Positions 36,648-48,700 of a stretch of 64,000 nucleotides of DNA are shown piece after piece (the stretch's first letter is position 1; the number at the start of each line of letters is the position of its first letter). The stretch is from Azolla caroliniana (lineage: Eukaryota; Plantae; Polypodiophyta), in NCBI GenBank assembly GCA_043228905.1, contig JBHGNT010000008.1, positions 3,348,001-3,412,000 of the forward strand, read 5' to 3'. Position numbers and translations under genes: made by a program. The notes below the pieces were generated by a model that had not been told where the DNA came from, did not search any database, and saw only the letters and a program-made list of their open reading frames with translations.

Positions 36648-39600
36648 GGAAGATATGAAGTCAGGACTGTATGCATCGACAATCGGCTCCTTGATGTACG
36701 TGATTTATTTTTTCAAGGAAGATATGAAGTCGGTATTGTATGCATCGACAATCGGCTCCTTGATGTACGCATCTACTGACATTGCTCACATTGTAGGAGT
36801 TGTTTGTAGATTCATACACAACCCAGGCCAATCGCATTGCAATGAAGTCAAGCACATATTCAGATACTTGGTGGGCACACAAGACCTTGGCATCCTCTTT
36901 AGTCCGAACAAGAATCCAAGTGTAGTCAGCTACACCGGCTCCGACTTTGTAGGGTGTGTAGACAGTCAAAAGTCAACAACCTAATACTGCTTCAAATTCA
37001 ACAATGGAGCAATTTCGTGGAAGTCGAAACTTCAAGAATGCACGACCACTTCAACGACTGAGGCCAAATTCGTAGCCACATTTGATGCGGCGAAATAGGC
37101 TCTATGGCTTGATCGACTGGCGTATAAAATTTGACAAGCCGAACCCGATTCAGCTCCAATTGTCTACAACGACAGTCAGGGTGTTGTTGCTCTGTCCAAA
37201 AACCTGGTTCATCAAAATGCCTCCAAGCATATCGACGTTCGATATCACTTTGTTCAGGACTGTGTAACTTCAGGGAAGCTCGACCTCGAAAAGATATCCC
37301 CAATCGACAATATCACAGACGAGATAACCAAGTGTCTTTCAACATATCGATTCCGATCTCTTAGGCACCAGATGGGCATACCGAAGAATCAGTCCAATTA
37401 AGTTGGACAACCAACACCAAAAGTTTGAGGCTCGGCTTCAACTCTATTGACCTCGGCCAAGTCGGTCTTCTATTCTCGGATTTTGCCGACTCGAACAAAG
37501 CCAACTTGTTCGAGAACCCTGTATAAATCTGAATCTTCTTTTACTACATATTCTCTTTGTTGGATACGCCCATTACAAGGGAGTGTCGAATATGGATATA
37601 TAATGGTTGTATCCATATTGTCCCAATGGACACACTAGGTTTAGACCATTTCTGTAAACAGAGAAAAGTGTAGTTGCCCTAAGTCAGTTTGTATTTAAAT
37701 AGACTTTTGTAACCTAGTTTGGTGGTTGTTGCCTCCTGTTAAGAATTAGGTAAGTAATTAAGGGTTAATTAGTACCTAATTATGTGATTAAGTTAAGCGC
37801 GGAAGATTAAGTGATATGTGTGTATGTGTGTGAGAGGAAGAGAGAGAGAGAGAGAGAGAGAGAAATACACATATGATAACACAAGATGGGGGATGAGTAA
37901 GTATATTAACTTTGCATTATCATCATCAAATACAAAAATACCTACAATGAGGTATATATAGATCTCATGTGCAAGGGTGCACATGTGTGAGGATAATATC
38001 GGTACAAAGGTGTAAGTCCTATATTAAATGTACTAACTAGTGGAGGATCTAGAATATCCCACTTAAGTACAAGGTCCTATTTACGACGTTATAGTCAACA
38101 CTTCTAACTAGATTCTATCTAGGTAATTACAAAGTTACATGGTTGACTAACTAACTAAACTAAGTTGAGCTTGATCTCTCAACACGCCCCCTCAAGCTCA
38201 AGTGTGAGGCGTCCGACATCCACTTTGGCTTTCGTCGACTTCGTGTGCTTCCGTCCAGCCTTCGGCTTTCTTCGTCGTGGCAATCTCGGTTCCTCCCCCT
38301 CAAGCCGGTGACGAAGGCTTGTAGTGTGTGGGTGAAGGTCGACTACTTCCACCCATCGTGGGTTACAAGTTGCTTCGGTGGAGCTCTTGGGCTCTTGTTC
38401 AGCCACTACCTTCATCGCAAAGGCGTAATGATGGGCCATGTACTCGTTGTAGTCATGCCGAGTGACAAGGTTCTTAGCTCTAGATGAGCGTTGAAGTTTT
38501 TCGCTCGCCGATGTGAGCACCTTCTTTACTCCGGGTGTATGCATGATGGGTACACCAAACTCAGTGTCTAGTGAGGGAGCCGACACATCCGAATCACCGT
38601 CGTCGGGGTGATCGACTTCGTATTCGGGCAACTTACCTTTGCCTTTGTCCAAGTTCGTACTTGGCCGCGACGTGCTTGGGTCACGTGGGGGCTCTTGTGG
38701 CCCACTAGGCCTTGCCGTAATCAGACATTCTTCGAACATGTGTTTGAAGCGATCTCCATCTTCTACCTCTTGTTCGGCGGATTCCGGGTTGAGTGTAGTC
38801 GGAGTCGAAGTTGTCTCTGGTGTGTACCAGGATGTGGACTCGTCGAAGACTACATCTTGACTTACCCGAACCACTCGGGTAGAAGGGTTGTAGCACTTAT
38901 ATGCCTTCTTCTCAGACGAGTATCCTATGAGGATACATTCCTCCGACTTCGCATCGGGCTTCTGTCATTGTTCGTTCGGGTTGCGTACATTCGCAATGCT
39001 TCCGAACACCTTGAGGTGCGATAGGATCGGCTTCCTTCCGACGAGGAGCTCGTAGGGAGTTAGCTCATGAACTCCATTGGTGGTGCACCGGTTCATGAGA
39101 TAGACGGTCGTCGATGCCGCGTCGGCCCAATAGAAGTTTGGCATGTGCTTCTCATGCATCATGGCGCGTGCTACCTCGAGTATTTGTCGATTCTTCCCTT
39201 CGGCTACTCCATTTTGTTGGGGTGTGTGTCGGCACGAGAATTCTCTCCGAATGCCTTCACTTTGGAGGTAGGAGATGAATTTGTTGGAGAAGTACTCCTT
39301 CCCTCCATCCGATCGTAGGCATTGAATGTGCCGACCAGTTTCTTTTTCGACTTGCCCCTTGAACTTTTGGAAGTGGGAGAACACTTTGCTCTTCTTCTTC
39401 ATCGGGTAGATCCACACGTAGCACGAGTAGTCGTCGATGAAGGTTACGTAGTATCGGCATTTGAGCCGATCCCCATACATCCAAGTGTATGACGTCGAGG
39501 AGGCCTTTGCTTGCGTAGCTCTCCTTCGGGAATGGGAGTCGATGTTGTTTGCCGAGTTGACACGCTTTGCATACTCGGTCGATTCGTTTCGACTCAAATG

Positions 39601-41290
39601 TTGGAAGTCTGATGACAACTCCCTTTGTTTGCATCGCTCATAGCCGTTGCACCACAACTCGATGTTCATCTTGTTTTTGAGACTTTTGGCGTACATTGTT
39701 GATTTCACCTCGTTCGAATCAAGGATGAACATTCGGCCGTCTCTCCGCCCCTTAGCTATGAGTCGGCCATCTTTCTCAATGAAGCAACCTTCGTTGTTGA
39801 AGCGGACTTGCATGCCTTGCTCCACGATTTAGTCGATCGAGACCAAAATCTTTGTTATTGTGGGCACGTGCAAGACATTCTTGATGCAAGTTTGCTTGCC
39901 TTCTTTCCCAAATGGGACATTGCCGATGTGCCGAATGGGGTGCGTGGTGTCGTCTCCCGTCTCTATGAAGCCGAATCGATCCGACGTTCGTAAATCACGA
40001 AACCACTCTTTGTGAGATGTCATGTGATGTGAGGCTCCGGAATCGACGAACCACACATCTTCCGAGTTGGAGGTGCTTGCGGAGTTGGAGGCCATCATAG
40101 AGTTCGCTCTATGCCTCATTACGAACATTCCTCCACGGTCGCCGTAGTCGGAATTCAATGCGTGATTCATGAACATTCCGCTACAATTGTCGTAGTTGGA
40201 GTTCGATGTGTAATTTGTGAGTTGTCGACTTGTTGAAGCCGACTCACTTCTCTTTTTTCGACACTTCGCCTCGTAGTGGCCGATTTTGCCGCAATAATTG
40301 CAAGTTGCGGGCCTCATTTACCGACCTTGTTCGGCTTGGAAGCTCCCCCTTCTTCCGAAGGTTCCTCGATGGCTTCCTCTTCTACTGCCACGACCTCTTC
40401 CTCGACCACCGTCCGAATTCGAGAAGAACATTTGTCCTTTCGGTGCCTTGCTTTTGGTTCGAAAGTGGTTTTCTTTGACCAATAACATCGATTGGAGGTT
40501 GAAGAACGAAGGAGGCTTTTCTCTCGCCAAGATTGTCGTCCGTAGTGGATCAAATCATTGTGCGAGGCCGCCCAAGCATACTTGAACCATCTCTTCTTCG
40601 TCGACATTTATTTTGATGGAGCCAAGCGAGTCGCAAATGCTCTTGATCTTGGCAGTGTAGTCCGACACGGACATATCTTCTTGCTGGATGTTGTTCAACT
40701 CTTGTCAGAGTTGAAGCTTTCGGGCAGTCGTGTTGGCGGCGAAAGTTTTCTTTAAATTCGCCCACGCCTCTTTAGGCGTCTTGGCATCTCGAATGTGGCT
40801 AAGCATGTGGTTGTGGACACATGTTGTCAAGCAATACATTACCCGACTCGCTCCTTGCTCCCACGTTGGGTAGTTGGTGTTTGTGATGTCGGGCTTGTTT
40901 TCGAGTGCGCCATTAATGTAGCTCTAATACCCTTGGCCGACGAGGTATTGGGTCATCTTGTATTCCCAAGATGAATAATTGCTCCGGTCTAGCTTTTCAC
41001 TAGGGAGCGAGCTACCCATTTGTGTGTTCATGTTGATTGTGTCTTCTCTTCTTTTACTTTTCTTCCTTCGATCACGTACACGTGCTACGTAGCGGCACTA
41101 CAGTAGCCGATAACCAGATTTTGTCGTTGGCATCTCGAACACACAATCACAGAGTCAGGTGGGCTTAGTGGATTTTCTAAACCACACGCTCTGATACCAT
41201 GTTAAGAATTAGGTAAGTAATTAGGGGTTAATTAACACCTAATTATGTGATTAAGTTAAGTGCGGAAGATTAAGTGATGTGTGTGTGAGA

Positions 41291-41326
<36 letters not shown>

Positions 41327-41760
41327 CACTTATGAATAACACAAGATGGGGGATGAGTAAGTATATTAACTTTGCATTATAATCATCGAATACAAAAATA
41401 CCTACAATGTAAGTCTTATATTAAATGTACTTGGGAGTGGAGGATCTAGAATATCCCACTTAAGTACAAGGTCCTATTTAAGGCGTTATAGTCAACACTT
41501 CTAACTAGATTCTATCTAGGTAACTACGAAGTTACATGGTTGACTAACTAACTAAACTAAGTTGAGCTTGATCTCTCAACACCTCCATTCGATTGTAACT
41601 CTTAGAGTTTTGAATTATACAATTACATTGTCTTGTGCCTGTTGTGATGTCTCTCTTCTCCTTATTTTTCTATTTGATATTGCTTTACTATGCTAACTTA
41701 GTGAACTTCTAAGCATAGATGTTATTCTAGTTTTTGCACTGACGGTCTCAAACTTCAACA
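36648..41760 (+). mobile_element. Another copia 3' portion (RT end/RNase H 36717-37400, PPT) with its 3' LTR (37584-41760) split by a nested element
   Basis: YASTIGSLMYA..DIAHIVGVVCRF..GAISWKSKLQ..SKHIDVRYHF. PPT ACAAGGGAG. LTR TGTCGAA...TTCAACA. A ~53-bp duplication sits at 36648/36717. Confidence 0.8.
37737..41581 (-). mobile_element. Copia deletion derivative (gag-PR-IN, no RT/RNase H) with both LTRs and a 5-bp TSD
   Basis: LTRs 41200-41581 and 37737-38184. PBS TGGTATCAGAGC (tRNA-iMet). Gag from about 41031, CNYCGKIGHYEAKC, WFVDSGASHHM, LRSDGGKEY..TPQQNGVAE. PPT next to 38185. TSD CCTCC. Confidence 0.95.
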
Positions 41761-42062
41761 TCAAGGGGTATTAGGTGAGTTCACCAAAGTCGGTAGCATA
41801 AAACAAACCTGAACCTAAACCACAAATCAAAACCTAAACCCAATTCAAAGCATGATGCCAAAGTCGAACGCACATTGTCAAAATGAGTGTATATAGTATC
41901 AAGGGGTAATAGGTGAGATGACTAGATCCGACGCCATAAACCCTAGTCCAAACCTAAACTCTGAAGTTGAACCTAAAGCCCGAACCCAAATCCAAACCTA
42001 GATCCCAGCAAGAGCCCAAAGCTAAACCCCACATCCGAACCCAAAACTTGAGCCTGAGCTTG
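41761..42062. repeat. Two ~137-bp units of degenerate AACCYA hexamer repeats
   Basis: TCAAGGGGTAWTAGGTGAG at 41761 and about 41898, each followed by AACCTA/AACCCA-like runs. Confidence 0.6.
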
Positions 42063-42199
42063 AGTAGATGTGGCTTCGACTAAATCTCTGGTTCCGAGAG
42101 CTTCATTATGCATATATGTAGAGAAAAGAGATGCTAGACAAGAAGAGAAATGAAAGAGAAAGACAAGACAAACAAATGGATATGTATGTATGTATGCAT

Positions 42200-42656
42200 G
42201 CATAGGACGTAATATACTCGAATGCATTGGCGAACCTTCATTTTCGGATGAATGTGAACGAATGCGTATGTTATCAAAACATTTGTGCCTTTTTTTTTAC
42301 ACTTTTTACCTTGACTTTCTTACCTTAAATTACCTTATATATAATAAATAATGAATACAAAAGTATGGTATTTGCCATAATTCGAGGGTGTTTACCACAT
42401 TCGAATGATTGAAACATTCTCGAATGCATTGGCGAACATTCGTTTTCAGACGAATGCGTATGTTTTCAAAACATTCGTGTTTTTTTTTTACACTTTTCAC
42501 CTTGACTTTCTTACCTTAAAATAAAATTACTTTATATATACATAATAAACAATGAATACAAAAGTATGGTATTTGCCATAATTCGAGGGTGTTTACTACA
42601 TGCGAATGATTGAAACATTCTCGAATGCGAATGTACGTATGGTACGTATGGTTCAT
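42200..42656. mobile_element. MITE-like element with an internal ~200-bp tandem duplication, just upstream of the CRM gene
   Basis: Unit CTCGAATGCATTGGCGAA...GAATACAAAAGTATGGTATTTGCCATAATTCGAGGGTGTTTAC occurs twice. A related single copy lies at 45955-46141. Termini are imperfect inverted repeats (CATAG.AC / GTACGTATGG). Confidence 0.6.
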
Positions 42657-42745
42657 TCTATAGATTGGATAGATATTTTGGCAGAGAGAGAGATGATGGT
42701 GTGCTTCTTGTAGCAGGAGCAGGAGCAGGAGCAGGAGGAGTGGAT

Positions 42746-45700
42746 ATGTCGCTTGCTCCATCTCGCCTTCTGCGAGCTTCCGAGCCCCCATCCTCTGTTT
42801 CCATAACCCACTTCTCCTCCTTCTTCTTCAATCCTCCATCCCTCTTCACGACTCGAAGGAAATGCCGCTCCATCTCCTCCATTGCCAAGCCTTCGGACGT
42901 CCAGGAGCAGTACAGAAGGAAAAACCCTAACCCCAATGTCCGTTCTCCGATCGATCGGCGGCGCAGGAATGTTGTTGATGATGATGAAGAAGGCCTCGAT
43001 TTCGATGGTTTGCAGAGGTTTTATGAGCTTGAACATGGGAGAGATGCCCTGTATAGGACCAAGAGGTCCGTCCTTTCAGAGAATAGGGATTCTGTGCCAA
43101 AAGGAAGATTTGAAGAAGACCCAAGTAGCGTTAATGATCAGCCATGGAATTACAGAGTCAGAGATGCTTCTTCATCCATGGATGAAATCAAAGAGAGTGA
43201 AGATGGTAGATTATCATGGACAAACAATGGAGACGGGAATCTGCGGAGGAGAGAAGATTATAATAAGAAAGAGGACCATAGGTCCTTCTGGCAGGATGGA
43301 GGAGGTAAGGTTGGCATACGGGATGATAGGAAAAAGCATCAGTGGGAACAGGGACAAAGAGTAAGAAGAACAGAGAATCCCCCTCCCCCTCCATGGATTG
43401 ATGGATATGGAGATATTAACAGGAAGAATTCATCATCTTTCCAAGCAGAGAGAAAACACATGAGTTTCCCTCCAGGCTCTTCTTCATCTTGGCAACCTGA
43501 GAGAGCTTTTCGGAGTGGCACAGAAATGAAGCAAAGTCTGAGGCATGGTAGAGAAGGAAATTCTAGCTACGATATGAAGCTCAGAGATGGTCTTCAAACA
43601 GGGAAGAATCAGAGCTTAGAGGATTCATGGCCGTATGCTCAAACTAGGTATGGTTCAAATAGTGAAGATTTGACAATGGGATATAATGAAACAGGGGAAG
43701 GATTAGAAGAGAGTAAACATGTTACGAAACCACATTCGGCTATAACTCAAATCATGGATAAACTTAGAACTATCAAAGAGAGGAATACTGTGCAAGAGGT
43801 CGTAAATAAATACCCTCAAAGTCATATAGTAGAGTCATTACATCTACCTAAAGCTAGTGATTATATGAAGAATATGGATATAACACGTACAGAACCAATA
43901 AACCCTCACAAAGAGGCCCTCAGGACGAAGTTCCCATGGGAAATAGAACAAGATACTGAATCTGATATTAAAACTGGAAGGACATCAAGAAATCTAACAT
44001 TGGCCGAACTCACCATTCCGGAACCCGAGCTTAGAAGGCTTCGCATACTTTCTCTTCACTTAAAGCAACGTGTTAAGATTGGGAAGAATGGGATTTCAAA
44101 AGATCTTGTTAAAAGTATTCATGAACGATGGCGGACTTGTGAGGTGGTGAAGCTCAAATGTGAAGGGCCACCTGCTGGGAATATGAAGAAGACCATGGAA
44201 ATGTTAGAGGTTAGTGTGTTAACCTCAAATTCTGCTGTATTTATTCAGTGTGGTCTCCAGCATATCCACATACTTGTATGTCTATCTAGTAAGCACTAAA
44301 TTATTGTGATGAAACATGAAATAAACTTTCACAAATATATGCACAGTGTATGTATGGATTCAATATAAATCTGTATATATTGTATATGTATGCATGTATG
44401 AATGAATGAATCTATGTGGAATATATTAGCCCTCAATTTACAAGGAATATAATTGGAGTTAACTTACTTGTAATCATTTTATACCAGCGTACTGGCCCGA
44501 GATAGGATCCATGCATAAGTATAACTGAAATGCACAGTGCTTCTTAAAAAAATATTGGAAATTTAAAATTCAAGAAAATAAGTAATTTGGTCTAGAAATG
44601 AATGCCTTTGCAGGCAAGCCCTTAGAAGATGGTCTACCTGTCTTCAATCTTCTTTTATAATAGAACCCCAAGGTAATTTAGCTGAATGTTTATTATATCA
44701 AATTTATATTCTTCAGCCTGATAGGATACCCTTTGGGATTGTTTGTAATCGGGAGTTTAACTGAAATTCTGGGCATCCTCTTTCCCCATGTCCAAAATTT
44801 CCACACCAGAGCATGCAAAAACAAACTGCGACCTAGGATCCAGCTAAGATGTTTGAAATTAATTGAATTGAATTGCCATTTTTGGTAGAGTTGGTACATC
44901 AACGTCTGTGATGGTAAGCAAAACCAATTCGTATCAAGATCAAGATTTGGTGGTAAAGACAAATTTTCTCAAGGAAAGTCTATTATTCCCACTCATGTCA
45001 GACAACGACAACAAATGAAATCTGATATTTTGCTTACATAGGATGGGAGAAAGGAAATGCATGAACCATTTACATGTGATATTCTACATATGAGTGATGT
45101 AATACCATCTAATGAGATTTTTCCATTCATAGAAGCTTTTTTATTTCACCAAAGTACAGACCGTAAATCACATTTTTCGAGAAGTGCATCCGGGAATACT
45201 TATATGGTGCATTAGGAAAGAAAATTACTTCTCATCTTTGTGGGAGCATTGTTTACAATAATGCTTATTATTTATTTAGACTTAGTTCATTCACACTCTT
45301 CAGAGTCAGATTGGATGCATTTGTGCTCTTACTGGGCTGTCTAGGAGATTTGGCCTATCTCCCCCACGATCAGGAGCAAAGTTGACTTATATGTTATTTT
45401 TAGACAAACTATAGATAATGGCATCGCTGTTCGCTTCTTGGCTGCTTTGACAGTACTTTTTCATCCATGTACAGGTTTTTCTTTTGTATCATTTGGATAG
45501 ATGATATCATGGATTCAGGCACATTATATGCAGCGTATGGGTTGTTTATACCATTTTTTCGTAAACATACATGTGTGCATATATATATCCTATATATAGA
45601 TAGAAAAGACCAAGGTCAATGAATCCTAATGATATATAGTACTGTGTTTGATAACAAGGAAAAAGAAGAAATAGAATGTGGCCAGGGCAAATAGAGCAAA

Positions 45701-48700
45701 TATATGACAATTGAACATCCATTATAAGCTGCATGAGAGGCCATCAGTATTGCTCATTCATTGGAAGACATATGGAACTTGTGAGAACTCCTCCATGGGT
45801 CTCTTTAGAATGCTATCAATTTCTGCCATAGTAAGATGCCTTGCAGAGTATGCTTGGTGGCAGTGGTGCACAATGATACTCTGGATTAACTAATGCCATT
45901 TTCATCTATAATACACCTAATCATATCAAGAGCAACCAAACGGAATGGCTGCATCCATAGTACATAACATACTCGAATGCATTTGCAATCATTCCTTTTC
46001 ATACGTTTGCAAACGGATGTGTATGTCATGAAAACATACTTATGTTTTTTACCTTATAATAAATAATGAATACAAAAGTATGGTATTTACCATACTTCGA
46101 GGGTGTTTACCATACTCGAATGCGAATGCACGTATGGTTCATATTATGGTTGCATCAATGAAAACTTGGTACCCAAGCAAGATGTTACTATTATACCATT
46201 GATTGTGGGATTGACTTTCAAGTATGTCTGGGTTGTCCCCCCTGAATAATTCAATGTCTGGGACCTTGTGGTCTGGTCAACCTTACTTGGGAAAATCTCT
46301 AATAGTGCAAAATCTCCAGAAAATCAAGCCCAGTTATCTGTGATCAAAGTAATCCATTGCTTGATCTACCCTTCTCTACAAGGCAATAAAATTGTCATTA
46401 CCTTGTTTTAGGTTGTGCTCCTTCATAGATTGTCACATCTTGTTGCATGGAGAATATATATATATAATATTTATTTGCACGTACACTATATATATTAATA
46501 ACCAGAAGAAGTACCCTCTTTTCATTTAATGCTACAGCATATCTATTCCTGGGTGTGATATTTGCCACTAAATGCAATGTTTTTTACATTCGATGTTGAT
46601 CATATGAATTTCTAGCTATACTTCTGTATACTACATTACTCTGTATTCCTGGGGTGTGTGTGTGTGTGTATAAACCAGAAGAAGTGCCCATTTGTTAGTA
46701 ATGCTACAGCATATCTATTCCTGGGTGTGACATTTGCCACCAAATGCAATGTTTTTTATGTTTGACAGTGATCATACGAATTTTTAGCTATACTTCTGTA
46801 TACTACAGTACTCTTTACAGAAGAAAAGAGAGGGAGATTATATCAATATCCCAAAATGGCCTATGAAGTCCAAAAGGCTATAACAGGACTTGAGAGAGAG
46901 ATCTGGATGATTAATGACTTGCAGTAAAAATAATCTTCGTGTGCAACAGCAAAAGACTGGGGGCCTGGTAATTTGGAAGGCAGGGAGTGTGGCAGTTCTT
47001 TATAGAGGTCAAAATTTTGGTCAACCTGTAGCTGAAATTGTTGATGACCTATTGACAAAGAAGATGGAAAGGATATCGGCAGCAAATCGTCAACAAATGT
47101 GGCCAGAAGTGGATCAAACTAATGCTGAGGATACTCCATATAGTGGCTCATCAAATGAATTAAATGAATCACAAGCATCAAAGCCCAAGAGATTAAAACC
47201 TGAACTCCACAATATTGAGGAGTATACAAAGGAAATGAATGATATATTGGCAGAATTAGGTCCTCGATATGAAGAATGGACAGGTGCCCAACCAGTGCCT
47301 ATTGATGCAGATCTCCTGCCGAGGATTATTCCAAATTATGCTCCACCTTTCAGGGTTCTTCCTTATGGAGTCAGGGCAAGCCTTAATAATACTGTTGCAA
47401 CTCATTTACGCAGGATATCTCGCCCTCTGCCACCTCACATTGTAATTGGTAATCTTCTGATTTCATTTATGCAACTGCTTCTATGCATGTTATCTGGTTG
47501 TTAGAATTGAGCTGTAGCAAGCTGCATTCTTTGGGTTCTGTTTTTGGATTTTTGTTCCGTTATTGCACTTTAATCTATTATCTGTTTCTCGGCAAAAGGG
47601 AGAGATAGAGATTTGCATGGCTTAGCTGCCACAATGGTGAAGCTCTGGGAGAAAAGTGAGATTGCCAAAATTGGCTTCAAGAGGGGAATTTTAAATACCA
47701 ATCAAGAGAGGATATCAGAGGAAATTAAGGTTTAAGGAACTTTTATCTCATTTTGCTATTGTTTGTTACCATTATCTCAGGTGTTAACAAACTAACAATG
47801 TCAAAGCTAACACGTTAATGCCCATTTTGACAGCAACTTACTGGAGGCTTTCTTCTTTGCCGTGATAAATATTCTGCAACCTTCTTTAGGGGGAAGGATT
47901 TCTTGCCTCAAGAGATTGCTTCTGCTCTTAGTGAGCGTGAAGCAATGTCTCAAGCATTAAAGGATGAAGAGAGAGCAAGAGCTGACAGGAGCATTATGGT
48001 TCAGCAAAGCACTGGAAGCCATGATGTAAGACCAACCTGGGTTCATATCATGGATCCGGAGGAGCAGATTCGGTTAAGAAGAGAAGCAGCTAGATTAAGA
48101 CGAGCACAGGTGGTAAACTACCTTGAAAGAAAGATTCAGATGGTATGGCAAGTAGTTCGACACTCTAAATTTGGGAAGTAATGGAGATCTAGACAGTAGT
48201 AGTAAGCACATGGATTATTTTTTTAAATGTATTTTGGACTTTTGTAGGCTTTAAGAAGGAGGGAAAAAGCAGGGAAAGAACTTGAGAAGGTTGAGGAGCT
48301 TTTGAAGCCAGTAAATCCGCCTGCTGATAAGGAAACCATTACAGAGGAAGAGAGGTTTATGTTCAAAAAGCTTGGTTTGAGAATGCAAGCATTTCTGCTC
48401 GTAGGTGAGACCAGACATGGAAATTGTTTATTACTGTCAAAAGAGAAATTTTTCACGATAGCATATTCCAGACTTTTGTTTTCCATTTTTCCTGTTTGAT
48501 CCATTTCTTTTAATGATTGTCGATGTTGGTAATGGTTTCTGCAGGTCGGCGAGGTGTGTTTTCTGGTGTAGTGCAGAACATGCATTTGCATTGGAAGCAT
48601 AGGGAACTTGTCAAGGTTATCATCAAAGAGAGGGATCCTGTACAGCTTAAGCAGACTGCAAGGTTGCTTGAGAATGAAAGTGGAGGGATTTTGGTTGCAG

